Shown here piece after piece: positions 13,448 to 24,750 of a DNA stretch of 53,048 bases. Source of the stretch: Balamuthia mandrillaris (lineage: Eukaryota); assembly GCA_031835245.2 (NCBI GenBank), contig JAVKOQ020000017.1:310001-363048 (forward strand), in the 5' to 3' direction. Below the pieces are notes generated by a model. The model did no database searches, was not told where the DNA came from, and worked only from the letters and a program-made list of their open reading frames with translations. How positions within the stretch are numbered: position 1 is the stretch's first letter; every line of letters begins with the position of its first letter. The translations under genes were made by a program, and so were the position numbers.

Positions 13448-14686
13448 GCGAAGCGGAAACGAACCTGAATGCAATTCAAGTAGTGAACTTGGTCCACACG
13501 GCGGTTAGTGACAAGAGCATTGACACTGCGTAAGCTATCGCTTATCCGCCACAACAAATCTACCTTCGCGGGTGTCAATTCAACCGAGCGCAAGAGAGAA
13601 TGCAGTGACTTAAATGCAGTCAAGAAGGAAAAAGCTCTTTCCTTTCGTTGTGTAATTACTCGTTTGAACATTGGAAGAGGAACGTCTTCTTCTCCGGCTT
13701 GAATGAAGTTAAGCACCTCATTGCATACTGCCTCAATGCGTTTCATCTCTTCCGGCTCAGATTCCTCTTTGGTGGCTTGTTTTCGCAGCGCATGAAGAGC
13801 TGACATCAAAGGAAAATAGAAATAGAGAAAGGAAATATTAATCAGAAAAATGGCAATAGAGTAAAGAATATAGCAAAGAAATGAAAAGCGGAGGCCTGAA
13901 GAGGCACCTTGCATTGTTTCGATCAAGAAATTCCAGTTAGGAGACACGACGGCAGTCCCACGCTTCGTTCTTTTTACGGAGGCGCTGTCTCCTTTGGCAA
14001 TCTCATGGACATTGCTGAGAGTAGCCGAACGAACTAGTCGGAAAAACCCCGAATCTTTTTTTCTTCCTTGTTTCTCACTCTGCTGCTTTCTGGAGTCTGA
14101 AATTTCTTGTGTCAATTCCTTTCGTTTTCTGACTTGTAGACCAACATTGACAGAGGCGATGCGTTGAAGTTGCTGGGGTCTAAGCCTCGTGCTAAGCCTT
14201 TTGTAAAAAAAGTAACACATCCCGTTAGTTTTAGATGTTCTCTCTCTCTCGCTCTCTCTCTTCAAACAAAAAAAGAGCGAACAATACAACGAGAGGAGAA
14301 TCCAATTACCTCTTATCTATGTTCTTGGTGGGTCGGATGGCAACGGACCCGCTGCTATTGTTCAATGTGATAGAGGAGGACATTTGGAACTGTACCCTTT
14401 TTCGTTTGTTTGTGGAGAGGCCGCCAGTCTTTCGGTCCGCAGAGGAATCACGGAAATAGACCAAAGCGCCCACAACTTCCAGCAAGAAAGAAGCCCTCAT
14501 AACGACCGCATCAGCAAGCCTTTTATAGGACTCCTTTGTGTGCCTTCCCCAATAGCATTAATCAGGTCAACACCCATTATCAGTTTGGAGAATAGGATAG
14601 AAATACTTACTTTGAGGAATAGTCCGATGAGTTCATACGCGCTCTTTGGTGTTTATTGATGAGCCAATGCTTAATCTGAGTGAGAG

Positions 14687-14730
<44 letters not shown>

Positions 14731-15452
14731 GGTATAATCATGAAAGCTGAAAACAGCAGGTTGATGAACCTTGTGTGATAACCGACAGATAAGCTGAATG
14801 CGCGGTGGTAAGGCAGACTGATATTCAGCATTTCTGGCACACGCAATAGCCTCGACCACAAGGTTGGTGTGCTTCAGCATTGCTGCAATAACTGCTCTTT
14901 CTGCATGGGCCACTGTTATGCAGAGAAAAGAGTTAGTGATAGTGAAGAGAAAGAATAAGGAGAAGAGGAGAAGAAAATGAGATGAGGCAAGGAAGCTCAC
15001 AAAATACGTCACGCTCGCTGTAGGTAGGGGATCTAAAAGTTGTATTTTCACCCATAAGCTTTTGCATACTTTCGAAGAGAACTTTGCCTTCTCCTTTGCC
15101 ATAAATGAAGTCCTCAAGAAAAGTTCTCGTGTGTTCCATTGGCTGAATGAGGACAGAGAAAGAGAGCGAGTGGGTAGGTGAGTGAGCGAGTGACTAGTAA
15201 CATCGAGAGCGGAGCAACAGAGGGAAGGCGCCAAAAGCGTACAATTGGTTGTTCGCCCCGCGATGGCGAGGAGGGTAATGACGAGGAAGAGTGAGGACGT
15301 TCGGTACTATTCAATTCATTTTCCAATCCCCCACAGAACAAAATGGAATCCAACCACTTGTTTAATTTTATCTCGTCGCTGAGCTTCGAGCCTTTTATCA
15401 ACAGTGAGACACCCTTCAACAATATGCGTCAGACAAAAAAAGCATTCTACAT

Positions 15453-15490
<38 letters not shown>

Positions 15491-18375
15491 CGAGCGAACC
15501 CTCGATACTAAGCAAGCAACAGTTCTCTCGAAATCACGAAGCCAACTCATAGTTGAAGCAACAGTTTCATTCTTTTCGTCAATCGGTTGTTCAAGAGTGA
15601 ATGCCACGATCTTGCAAGACCAACCCCACTTGTTTGTGTTGATATCTAGTGATTCAAATGCAAAACTAGCTGAGCTGCCTGGCACATAGAATGCATCCTT
15701 TGGCCAGTCGTCGGCCCCTCCCAAAGATGTAGCTGATGAAGAGGTATTATTTTGAAGGATAGATTCTATGCTAAGAAGTTGTCTTTTATCAGGTTTACAT
15801 GAAAGTTGGAGGCGGTCGTCAACACTTGTACAATATTGAGAGAGGAGAGGAGAGAGAGAGAAATCAGCATTTTGTTCGAAGAGGGTGAAGGAAACAAAGT
15901 TGAAGTACGTACGAGGTACAACATTTGGGATCGAATTTTAGCTGCAAGAAAGCAGCGCCAGGCATTGAAACGTTTTTGACAACATTCTCATGGTAAGGAT
16001 GGTTCGTTTCAACAACCAACGGTTCTGATTTTCGATACGGAATAGCGGCAGTTGAAACAGCATCATCCTGATAGATCCAATATTAAAGAGAATGAGAGAG
16101 AGTGGGAGAGTGAGAAAGAGATTAAAAAAATGTTACCAGAGAACAGAGCTTATAGAGGGTATCAATGGACGTCAAAAGGGAAGCCAAAGCGCCAGCTATT
16201 TGCGTAAGGTTGCTTTGAATCGCCAGTTTCTCCATCAAAGCACTTAGTGAGACTAACAAGCCAGGGAGAAGCTTGCCAACAAAAGTGGAATTCAACAAGT
16301 GTAGCAGAGCGGCTGCGTTCTCGCGGGTCTGTCGCATAGATATGAATTCTTGGCTCATCTTGATGACCTGTGAAGACTTGTCGAGGATCAATGTGAAGTA
16401 AGCTTGAAAGAGTTGGCTTATTTCTTCAGCCATGTTTGCATCTAACTCTGGTAGCAAATGCCAAAGATGGGCGAACAGGTCGTCTTGAAACTTAGCCAAC
16501 AACTGCAGATCCGTGGACTGAAAGTGGTCGCCGGAAACCGACAAAAGAGTGGAGGGGGGGGCCTGTCTCTCAGAACTCGAGTCCTCCTTGTTTATTTTTT
16601 TGCGCTTGCTTTCTCTCTTACAGAAAAAAAGAAGAGAAAATTCAATTAGCAAGCAGAGAGTGGTTGAGAGGGAGAGGGAGAGGGAGAGAGGGAGAGGGAG
16701 AGGGAGAGGGAGAGGGAGAGGGAGAGGGAGAGGGAGAGGGAGAGGGAGAGGGAGAGGGAGAGGGAGAGGAGAGGGAGAGGGAGAGGGAGAGGGAGAGGGA
16801 GAGGGAGAGGGAGAGGGAGAGGGAGAGGGAGAGGGAGAGGGAGAGGGGGAGAGGGAGAGGGAGAGGGAGAGGGAGAGGGAGAGGGAGAGGGAGAGGGAGA
16901 GGGAGAGGGAGAGAGGGAGAGGGAGAGGGAGAGGGGAGAGGGAGAGGGAGAGGGAGAGGGAGAGGGAGAGGGGAGAGGGAGAGGGAGAGGGAGAGGGAGA
17001 GGGAGAGGGTACTGTTTTATCAGATCCTAAAGAAGAGCTTTTTGGTTGGGGTGCACTAATGTTAGAGAGCAATTCGTGGAATGTCTGTATCTGTCGCTGA
17101 AAGAAAATAGACAACAGAGCCTCCACATTTTCTACAGTATATCTAGATAGTTCACGTTGAACTGCTTTCTTGAACTTTGGTTGCGCAGCATCATTGCTCG
17201 GGTCTATAATGGCAAACGGTTCCGTCTCGGGAAGGAACAAGAGAGTCAGGCTTTTGTCCTTTTGCAAGCACCAATCTGTCACCTCAGCACGAAGGAGGGC
17301 GTTGTCTGGTGGTTCCGGAGAGGTCTCGGTTGCACTGAATTGGGTTTTAAACAGAGATAAGAGCAGCTGTACTTGTTGTTGCTTCGTGTAAAACAGTTTG
17401 AATCCGGTAACCAGCACAGAGGCGGCCATTTTTCGCAGATTTTGATGGACCGTACAGGAGGAAGAAGCCTCGTTCATTTGTTGGGTGACGGTGATTTAAG
17501 TAATTGCAATAGAAGCTCGTGGATGTTGCTTAAGACATCTGTATCCTCTTTCTTAAGCAATAGAAGCTCTTCGGAGCTTGCGCTTCGTGGGGCTTCTCTC
17601 CACAAGGTCAACGAGTGGCAATGAAGTCGTAGAATACGGAGGCAAGCAAACAAGGCATACGTTTGACAAGCTCCCTACAATGTATTTTTGTTAGCAACTG
17701 GTAAAACAGAGGGGAGGAAGGGAGTGGGGTGACAAACGTAGGAGCTACAAACCATCTCCAGCCCGGAGGTATTCTCTTCCGCTTCGTCTCCACTCATCAA
17801 GTAAGATTCTGTAAGATGCTTAAGCAACTTATATGTAGCACTAAACGTGGAGGATTCTGTTTGCAGCGCAAACGGATGTTTTGTGAAGGATTTAGCATAT
17901 TCGGGGTTGCCTAGAAGAGTTGTTGTCCATCGTACTGTAAGTTGATCCACCGAGTACAAGAGCAATATCGCGATCTTCATCGGACTGCAATCTTCGGGTT
18001 GTTCCAACAATTCCGTTTGATAGCCATTGTTGACGGTATGATCTTTTTCGTCTTCCTTCTTTGTATTTGTCCCTACCTGTTCTGCTTGGTTGTAGGATTC
18101 AACAGAAATCTGATTTGACAAAAAGCGATTGCTGTTTTCGATGTAGTCGCGCTTGCGCAGGAACTTGGCTCTCATGGAGCGTGGGGGTGAGAATAGCACT
18201 GGAGGATAGGCTCGCTTAAGAAGACGGTAATGATGAGGAGGAGGAACATCACTGTTATTGTAGGCTTCCAATTGGCCATGTTGCTCCTTGTTATACCGCC
18301 AAATAAGGTTGCTGAGTACGTCATAACAAAAGGGGTCGCCAGCAACACGTCCTAAAGAGTGAAGAGTAAGTGAAA

Positions 18376-18412
<37 letters not shown>

Positions 18413-21302
18413 GGAGAAAACATCAGCCTTACCCAGTGTCTTACTATTGACATCTGCTAGCCTCCTACTAAAAGCACACACAGTGTACCCTTGATCGAGA
18501 GCGAAAGTTATTGCAAAAACGTTGGCTGCATCCGGTTTATCACGCGGGGCACTATTATTGCCAACAAAAAAGCAAGATTTGAGTGATCATGCCTTTCTCT
18601 AAGACAAGAACAGCAACAAAAGGAAAAAAAGAAATTGAAATTGAAAAGAGAAGGCAAGAAAGCAAAAAATGGTGCTTACTTTGGAGCCAGAATGACTAAC
18701 TCGAGGCCATTTGTAAAGAGGGAACACTTGGGTAGGCTGCCCACATGATCAAGATCCGGCACTAAAGATTACAATAAAAAGGGTGTTACTTCAAAGCAAC
18801 GGGGAGAAGCGACAACACAAAACAAAAGGTACCTTCCCGTTTGATGTGTTTTATGAGAGTAAGTTTATCTCCTTGATGCGGATCGTACACATCGATGGTT
18901 AGAGGACGCTCTATGAGCTGCGGGGAATCTATGAATGGATCCACTTCTGGACAAAGTTAAGCCAAATATTTGTTAAACATAACGGCTATTTACCTTGTTG
19001 AGGTGAATCCACTACGAATGTGTCAGGCGAGTTGTCATGAGCGAAGAAATTAGAGTCTGAAACGGTGTTCATGTCCAGGGTAGGCACGTTCTGGGAGGAA
19101 GCAGCCGTTGCTAAACTGTCAGCCTCAGAATCATCATTTGGTGTATCACTCTCCTCCTGACTGGAGGTGTGTGAAGCCTCGCCAACCATGTTATTGGCAA
19201 AAGAGGGAGTAGAGAAGGAAGCATTTTCTCCCATTCCTATATCAGATACGGAAGAATACGTCGGTGTAGTGGGAGAATAACCAGGAGATGTAGGGGAATA
19301 ACGTGGAGAAGTAGGGGAATAGCCGGGAGAAGAGGGAGAATAACCCGGAGAGGTGGGATTATAGCTTGGCGAAGTAGGAGAATAACCTGGAGAAGCAGGA
19401 GAACAGAGAGAGAGAGGGTTGTACGAAACAAAGTACAGATACTGGCCATCAGTTACCATTGCTGTGTTAAGCTGCACTGATAAAGGCATATCGACTTTGG
19501 CTAATACCTAATGGTAGAAAACAGTTACATAAGCGTAAAAGAGAAGTACTGCAGGAAGTGAAAGCTATCTTTGATTGCTTACCTCAAGTGTATCCGTACT
19601 GATTTTGAAGAGAGTATAGGGCTCATCTGAAGATTTGAAATAGAGAAAAGAGCTGCTGTCGCTAGAAGTACATAATCCCTGGCGAGTATCATACACACAA
19701 GCAAGCCAACAGTCATGCGCACCCATAAACACGTTATCCGGTCCTACAGAGTGAGCATAGCACTTGCCTTTCGTGTTACTACGCCCAGTTCCAATTTTAA
19801 AAAGTCCATTCACGTTTCTCACATAGACAAAGTGTTCATTGGCGGCAATACTAGTGGAAACGGGAAGCGAATGTCCAGGCCGATCGGTGGATTTGAGTTC
19901 TGGCTGGAATGCTATTCATAGAGAAAGATGAATTCAAACGAGAGAGAGAGAGAGAGAGAAAACAGAGAAGAACTTACCTTCAATAAACTGAGTGTCATTG
20001 AGAGTGAACACTTCCGTAGGTTTGAGTTGCGTTCTGGCTGATTCTATGTACTGCAAAACGGGAAGAGCTTCCCTCCACACAGATGGAGAAATACGGTGGC
20101 TGTAGCTGGCTTTTTCTTTGCTTTTCTTTGAGAGTTCGCGGTGCCCTTCCTCGGCCAATTTGTACAGAAAATGAACGAGATGCAGAGTCCCGCTCAAATT
20201 GGAACTAGCGGCAGTGTAAGCAAATAGTGTCTTCAACGCCTCTTCTCGTCGTTGAGCTACTTCTGCACCAGTCCCCTCTGTTTGTGTTATTTTTGTCATA
20301 TATTTTTTTGTTCGTTTGTTAATAAGAAACCGAAAAAACACAGCAACCGAAAAGATACACCAACGAGTTCAGTACCTGAGTGATTCAAGTTATTTACTAG
20401 CCACTTTTCAATGCAAGTTGATAGTTGAGCTGCGTGTAGCAAGGAACCCACATTCAAGAGCGATGAGGCGTGAGGAGGACGGGGCTGAATGGAGATATGG
20501 CCAATAGGTTGCAAAAGAGACTCGCGGAGTCGTTGACAGGTCTCAGTGAAGACAGCCGTGGGCTGGCCGTGTTGCGTCAACAAAGGAAGAAAGACCGAAG
20601 TGACCAGCTGTTCTGTGGGAAGAGGGCGGGGAATAACAGGATAGCTCGAATATAAAAGCATCTGTACAAACCAAAGCTTCTCTCAGAACGATAGAAGAGC
20701 ACGAGAGAGAGAGAGAGAGAGAGAGGAGGAGGGAAGGGGAGGAGGAGAGGAGGAGAGGAGGAGAGGAGGAGCGAAGGGGAAGGGGAGGAGAGAAGTTAGA
20801 AGCAGGAGGCGCTGAAGAAAGTTCAAACAAAAAGCAAAAGGGGCAGCAAGTGTACCTCCAAAAAACTCCAATACTTGAATCTGGCACGATAGACTTGCTC
20901 AGCAAGAAGCGCTCTGGCTCGCACCACCTCATGAAAGGTGGCTTGCTCGGCGTCCTCGGTGAGGGTCATCACCTTGTTAAACAGTCGTTTGGAGTGAAAG
21001 TAGGAGCGAGAGGCCAGCAAAGCCTCTCTTTTCTTTGCACTGTAGCTCTGATCCTGCTGTTGCCGTGATGAAGACAGAAATAAAGGGTAGGGAGTGATGC
21101 CGCTCTCAACCAAAAAGCGGTCGAGGGCAGCGGGCTCGGAGAAGAGGGAGGAGAGGTCCCATGAGGCCACCTGGATGCTGTGGCGAAGCCCTTCATGAAC
21201 CACCCCGGCCACCAAGGGTTGGTGGCAGCCACCACCCGCGGCCGCTTTCTTGGGATGATCGGAGGACGCAGCCGTGCTGCTACTGCTACTACTGCTGGCC
21301 AT
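4035..21302 (-). CDS. Giant HECT-type E3 ubiquitin ligase (HECTD4/ZZEF1-like architecture) with two ZZ zinc fingers, a PBZ finger, CUB-like segments and CTD-like heptads; many exons
   Basis: C-terminal [74 protein letters not shown] (catalytic Cys), stop at 4035. ZZ fingers at ~6820-6970 and ~6440-6580; ESNHP/ETNHPY CUB-like starts. An unbroken run of minus-strand exons extends to ATG (MASSSS) at 21302. That all exons form one gene is inferred from splice sites and the absence of an intergenic gap. Confidence 0.8.
16666..17008. repeat. Intronic (GAGGGA)n / (CCCTCT)n hexamer microsatellite, ~340 bp
   Basis: Near-perfect tandem GAGGGA. On the minus strand it lies between a GT donor (~17012) and an AG acceptor (~16620) of the HECT gene. 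Confidence 0.95.
19259..19405 (-). repeat. 21-nt coding tandem repeat encoding RNA Pol II CTD-like heptads inside the HECT gene
   Basis: Translates as [52 protein letters not shown] differences between units are mostly synonymous. Confidence 0.9.
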
Positions 21303-21693
21303 TTTGGCGGTACCTCTAGCCAACAACCCAATCAACCAACCAAGCAAAGGCTCTCCTGCGGTTTAAAAAAAAAATATTGATTGAGTCTTAAACGTTTGAA
21401 TGGAGATTCTCGAGCGGCCGGAGCAGGAGATGCACAGTACACAAAAAACAAAAAACAAAGGAGAGTCGATTGGAGTTTGGCGCGGTGGTGGGATAGAGGA
21501 CGAGGGAGAGGGCGTTACCTTGTGTTTTCCTCTCTCTTTCCTTCCTGCCTTGTGTTTCTTTTCTGTGCCCTCCCCTGATTATTTGTAGACATATATTCCT
21601 CCAAAATTTTTCTGCGAAAAATTCTATATTCATCGGAGATGAACCTATTATGTGTGATCTGATCAATGAAGAAAAACAACAAGAACGACCCCG

Positions 21694-22993
21694 ATGAGAA
21701 TGAATGCAGTAAAAGGAGGAGGAGCCAGGGCGCGGTTCGCCTGCCTTTTAGCCCTCCCCAGGCCCTTTGCGCTGACCGCACGAGCGAGCCGCCCCCGAGT
21801 CACCGCCAACTCTCCCTTCACCTCTTCCAAGGCATGGCTTTCCTCCTTCTCCTCCTCTTCGCCCCAACCACCACCCTCACAGAAGGAGCACGAGAACGAC
21901 TACAGCGGTCGTTCCACCGCCAGAACTCAAGTCACCACCGCTCTTTGGGAGAAACGAGTCCAAGCGCAACGCCTCCAGCTGGAAAAATTTGTGGAGGAGC
22001 TGACCGGGTCGGAGGGCGCCTCCAGCGGAGCACCGGCCGCCGCCGGCAAGAGCGCCGTGCAAGAAGACCTGGAGGCCAAGATCAACAGCGAAGCGCCTTC
22101 CTTTCTGCTGGACAAAACGCCGGCAGAGTCTGCCGTAGAGCTGTACCTGCCCTTCAGCACGGACCAAAACCTCAGAGAGCAGTATGTCAACTTTTATGGC
22201 AACCTTAGGTATTTAGCTTTCGTCACTCTCCCTTCCTTTCTTCTTCTTCCTTCTTCCTTCTCAACACGACTACCTCCATTCTCGTTGTTGCGCCAAAAGG
22301 TTCGGCAAGATCCTGGAAGATCTGGACGCAGCTGCAGGTAACGTGGCGCATGCCCATGCGGACGACAACAATCCAGTGACCCGCCCACTTACCATCGTTA
22401 CGGCCAGCGTGGACCGCATCGACCTCCTCGACAAGCTGCTGCCCGATCGAGACATGCGCATGAAGGGCTGCGTGACGTACGTCGGCAGCAGCTCCATGGA
22501 GGTGAGGGTCGATGTGGAGAGCAAGGACCCCGACACAGGACGCTTTTACCCTTTGATTCTGGCAACGTTCACCATGGTGGCCACTTTCGAGGGGCGACCT
22601 GCTCCCGTCAACAGGCTGAACCCCCAAACGGAGCAGGAGAAGCTGCTCTATGCGCTGGGACAGGATAACAAGCAGTGGAGGAAGCAGTGGGCCAAAGAGG
22701 CATTGCACGTGCAGCCACCCACGTTGGAGGAGCAGCAGCTCATTCATCAGTTCTTTACGGACAAGAAGTGGGAGGTTGTAAGGCAGGCACAAGCACAAGG
22801 CCAGAACGGTGGAGGTGCTCGAGGAATGGACGGAGCTGGCGAGGAAGTGGTGGAGATGAAGGACGCAAAGTTGCAGTCCGTCATGCTCTGTCAACCGCAG
22901 GACAGAAACACTAACGACAAGATCTTTGGTGGCTATCTCATGCAAAAGTCTTTCGAACTTGGTAACTATATTCCCTTGAATACAGCAGATATG

Positions 22994-23037
<44 letters not shown>

Positions 23038-23425
23038 TACTGCAAATGCTCACTATGAAAACACAGCATGGACCAACGCTCACGTTTACTGCCGAAGCCG
23101 CCCTTGGTTCTTGGCATTAGACCATGTGGCCTTCCACCGGCCCGTCTCCATCGGCTCCATCGTGAGCTTCAACTCGAGCATCGTCTACACAGAGCAACGT
23201 TCCTTGGGCGTCAAGGTAACGGCGGAGGTGGTCAACCCAAAGGATGGCTCCAAGCAAAGAACCAACACCATGCATTACACTTTTACCTGCCCGGAGAGCA
23301 GCATCCCCCACGTTCTGCCAGTTACCTATCAGGAGGCCATGGACTGGGTGGAGGGACGAAGACGATACCTGCGAGGCAAGGAGACTGCCACCAGGTTGGG
23401 AAGTAACCTCCTCAGATTTTACTGA
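21694..23425 (+). CDS. ACOT9: Acyl-CoA thioesterase 9-like, double hotdog fold, probably mitochondrial (2 introns)
   Basis: Arg/Ser/Ala-rich presequence-like N-terminus; LREQYVNFYGNLR/FGKILEDLDAAAG; IVTASVDRIDL; VTYVGSSSMEV; PQDRNTNDKIFGGYLMQKSFELA; FHRPVSIGSI; HVLPVTYQEAM. Confidence 0.9.
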
Positions 23426-23564
23426 GCTGCAGTATGAGCTCTTCTCTCTTTTGTATCTTTCTCGCTTTCGTTTGCTGGCTCTCATGCGAATGTGATGACT
23501 TGTATTATTTGAGCAACAAAATGACTCAATCGATATCTACAAAAAACACATCGCCGCAACAGCT

Positions 23565-24012
23565 TCATCTTCGCTTGGTAAGGCCAGCAGGCGAAGGCAA
23601 TCCAAACAATCGCAATCTCGAGATACCTCCACAAGGGTATATCTTAAGCAGGGCATGGGTGCAGGTCTTGTGGCGTGCCTCCTCCATCACTTCAAACACG
23701 TGCTCCTGGTGAGGATGAAGCAAAGTGGGAGGGATCAACGTGAAGTAAGACGCTTGATGAAAGTCGTCACCGTCAAGACCTTCAGGAGCGAGGCAGCCCT
23801 CCAGAGAGAAGGCCACAGGGGAGTTGTTCTTGAAGTGGAGGGTGTCAATGCCAACCGTCACGATGTGCCCGGAGCGATGCAGCCTGACCACCGTCCAGTT
23901 CCAGACGGAGGAGAGGGGTCCTTTCATTGTGAAGATTTCATTTGGTTGGGCTGGTCGAAGTCTTGCTGTCTCCCATCCATCCCCTGTTTGTTTTTGTTAA
24001 CGAATTCGTTTG

Positions 24013-24049
<37 letters not shown>

Positions 24050-24716
24050 CGGTGAGCAGACAAACCCATGTTTATGCCCCGTCCTGGTTTGAGCATATTA
24101 CCAGGCAAGCTATAATGAGCGCTGCTGCTGGCCACCACTTGAGCATCAGAGCCACAAGCCAATTCCGTCAACTCTGGAAAGTTAAAGGATGACGGTAGTA
24201 CTTCCGTCAGTGTTGTGGATGTTTCACTCGCCTTCTTCTTCTTTGTTTTGCTCAGCTCTATTTTGGGATTCTTTGGAGGGACAAAGTCAGCGGGAAAACC
24301 GTTGTTGAAGTTGAGGGTTTGCAGCCATGCTTGCTTCAGTTGAAGGTCGATTCTAGCATCATCAGAGTCGCTCCTTCTACGCGGTTGCTCCAACGAGTCT
24401 TCCAACTCTTCACCGTAGAGCTCCAACGAGCAATGCCTCCATCAGGATAGCTGCAAAGACGAATGAAGCGAGTCCAAGGACAACCCTCACTCGCACTGCT
24501 ACTCTGGTCCTCCGCAGTTATCGTTGGGAAGTAATTTCTGGAGTTCGGTTTGAGGACGGAGCAAGGCACAGCGGTCACCCACTCAGCAATCTTGCGGCGG
24601 TTCACAATGTGTTCTTTGAGGCATTCAAGCCTTGCACCAGGTGCATGATTGCCATCAAAATGAGCCGTATCAACTGACGTTTGTATTGGATAGAAGGGAG
24701 GGACGAAGAGGGTGAG

Positions 24717-24750
<34 letters not shown>

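Noticed and set aside
16549..17100. ORFs encoding RG/GE/RE repeats on the + strand
   Set aside because: These are translations of the intronic (GAGGGA)n microsatellite. The tract is not a telomeric repeat, and no SVA-like body is attached.
19259..19405. RPB1 (RNA polymerase II largest subunit) gene
   Set aside because: There are only ~6 heptads, internal to a long exon chain ending in a HECT domain. No polymerase motifs such as NADFDGD were seen.
19388..19425. Possible 38-nt intron (GTACAA...CTCCAG) just before the heptads
   Set aside because: It is shorter than the other introns, and splicing it would shift the frame into a TAA within a few codons. Read-through keeps the frame open.
22223..23083. 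Long antisense ORFs (also 31093-31764, 34889-35515, 35558-36052)
   Set aside because: They are shadows of GC3-rich coding exons on the opposite strand and have no independent motifs.
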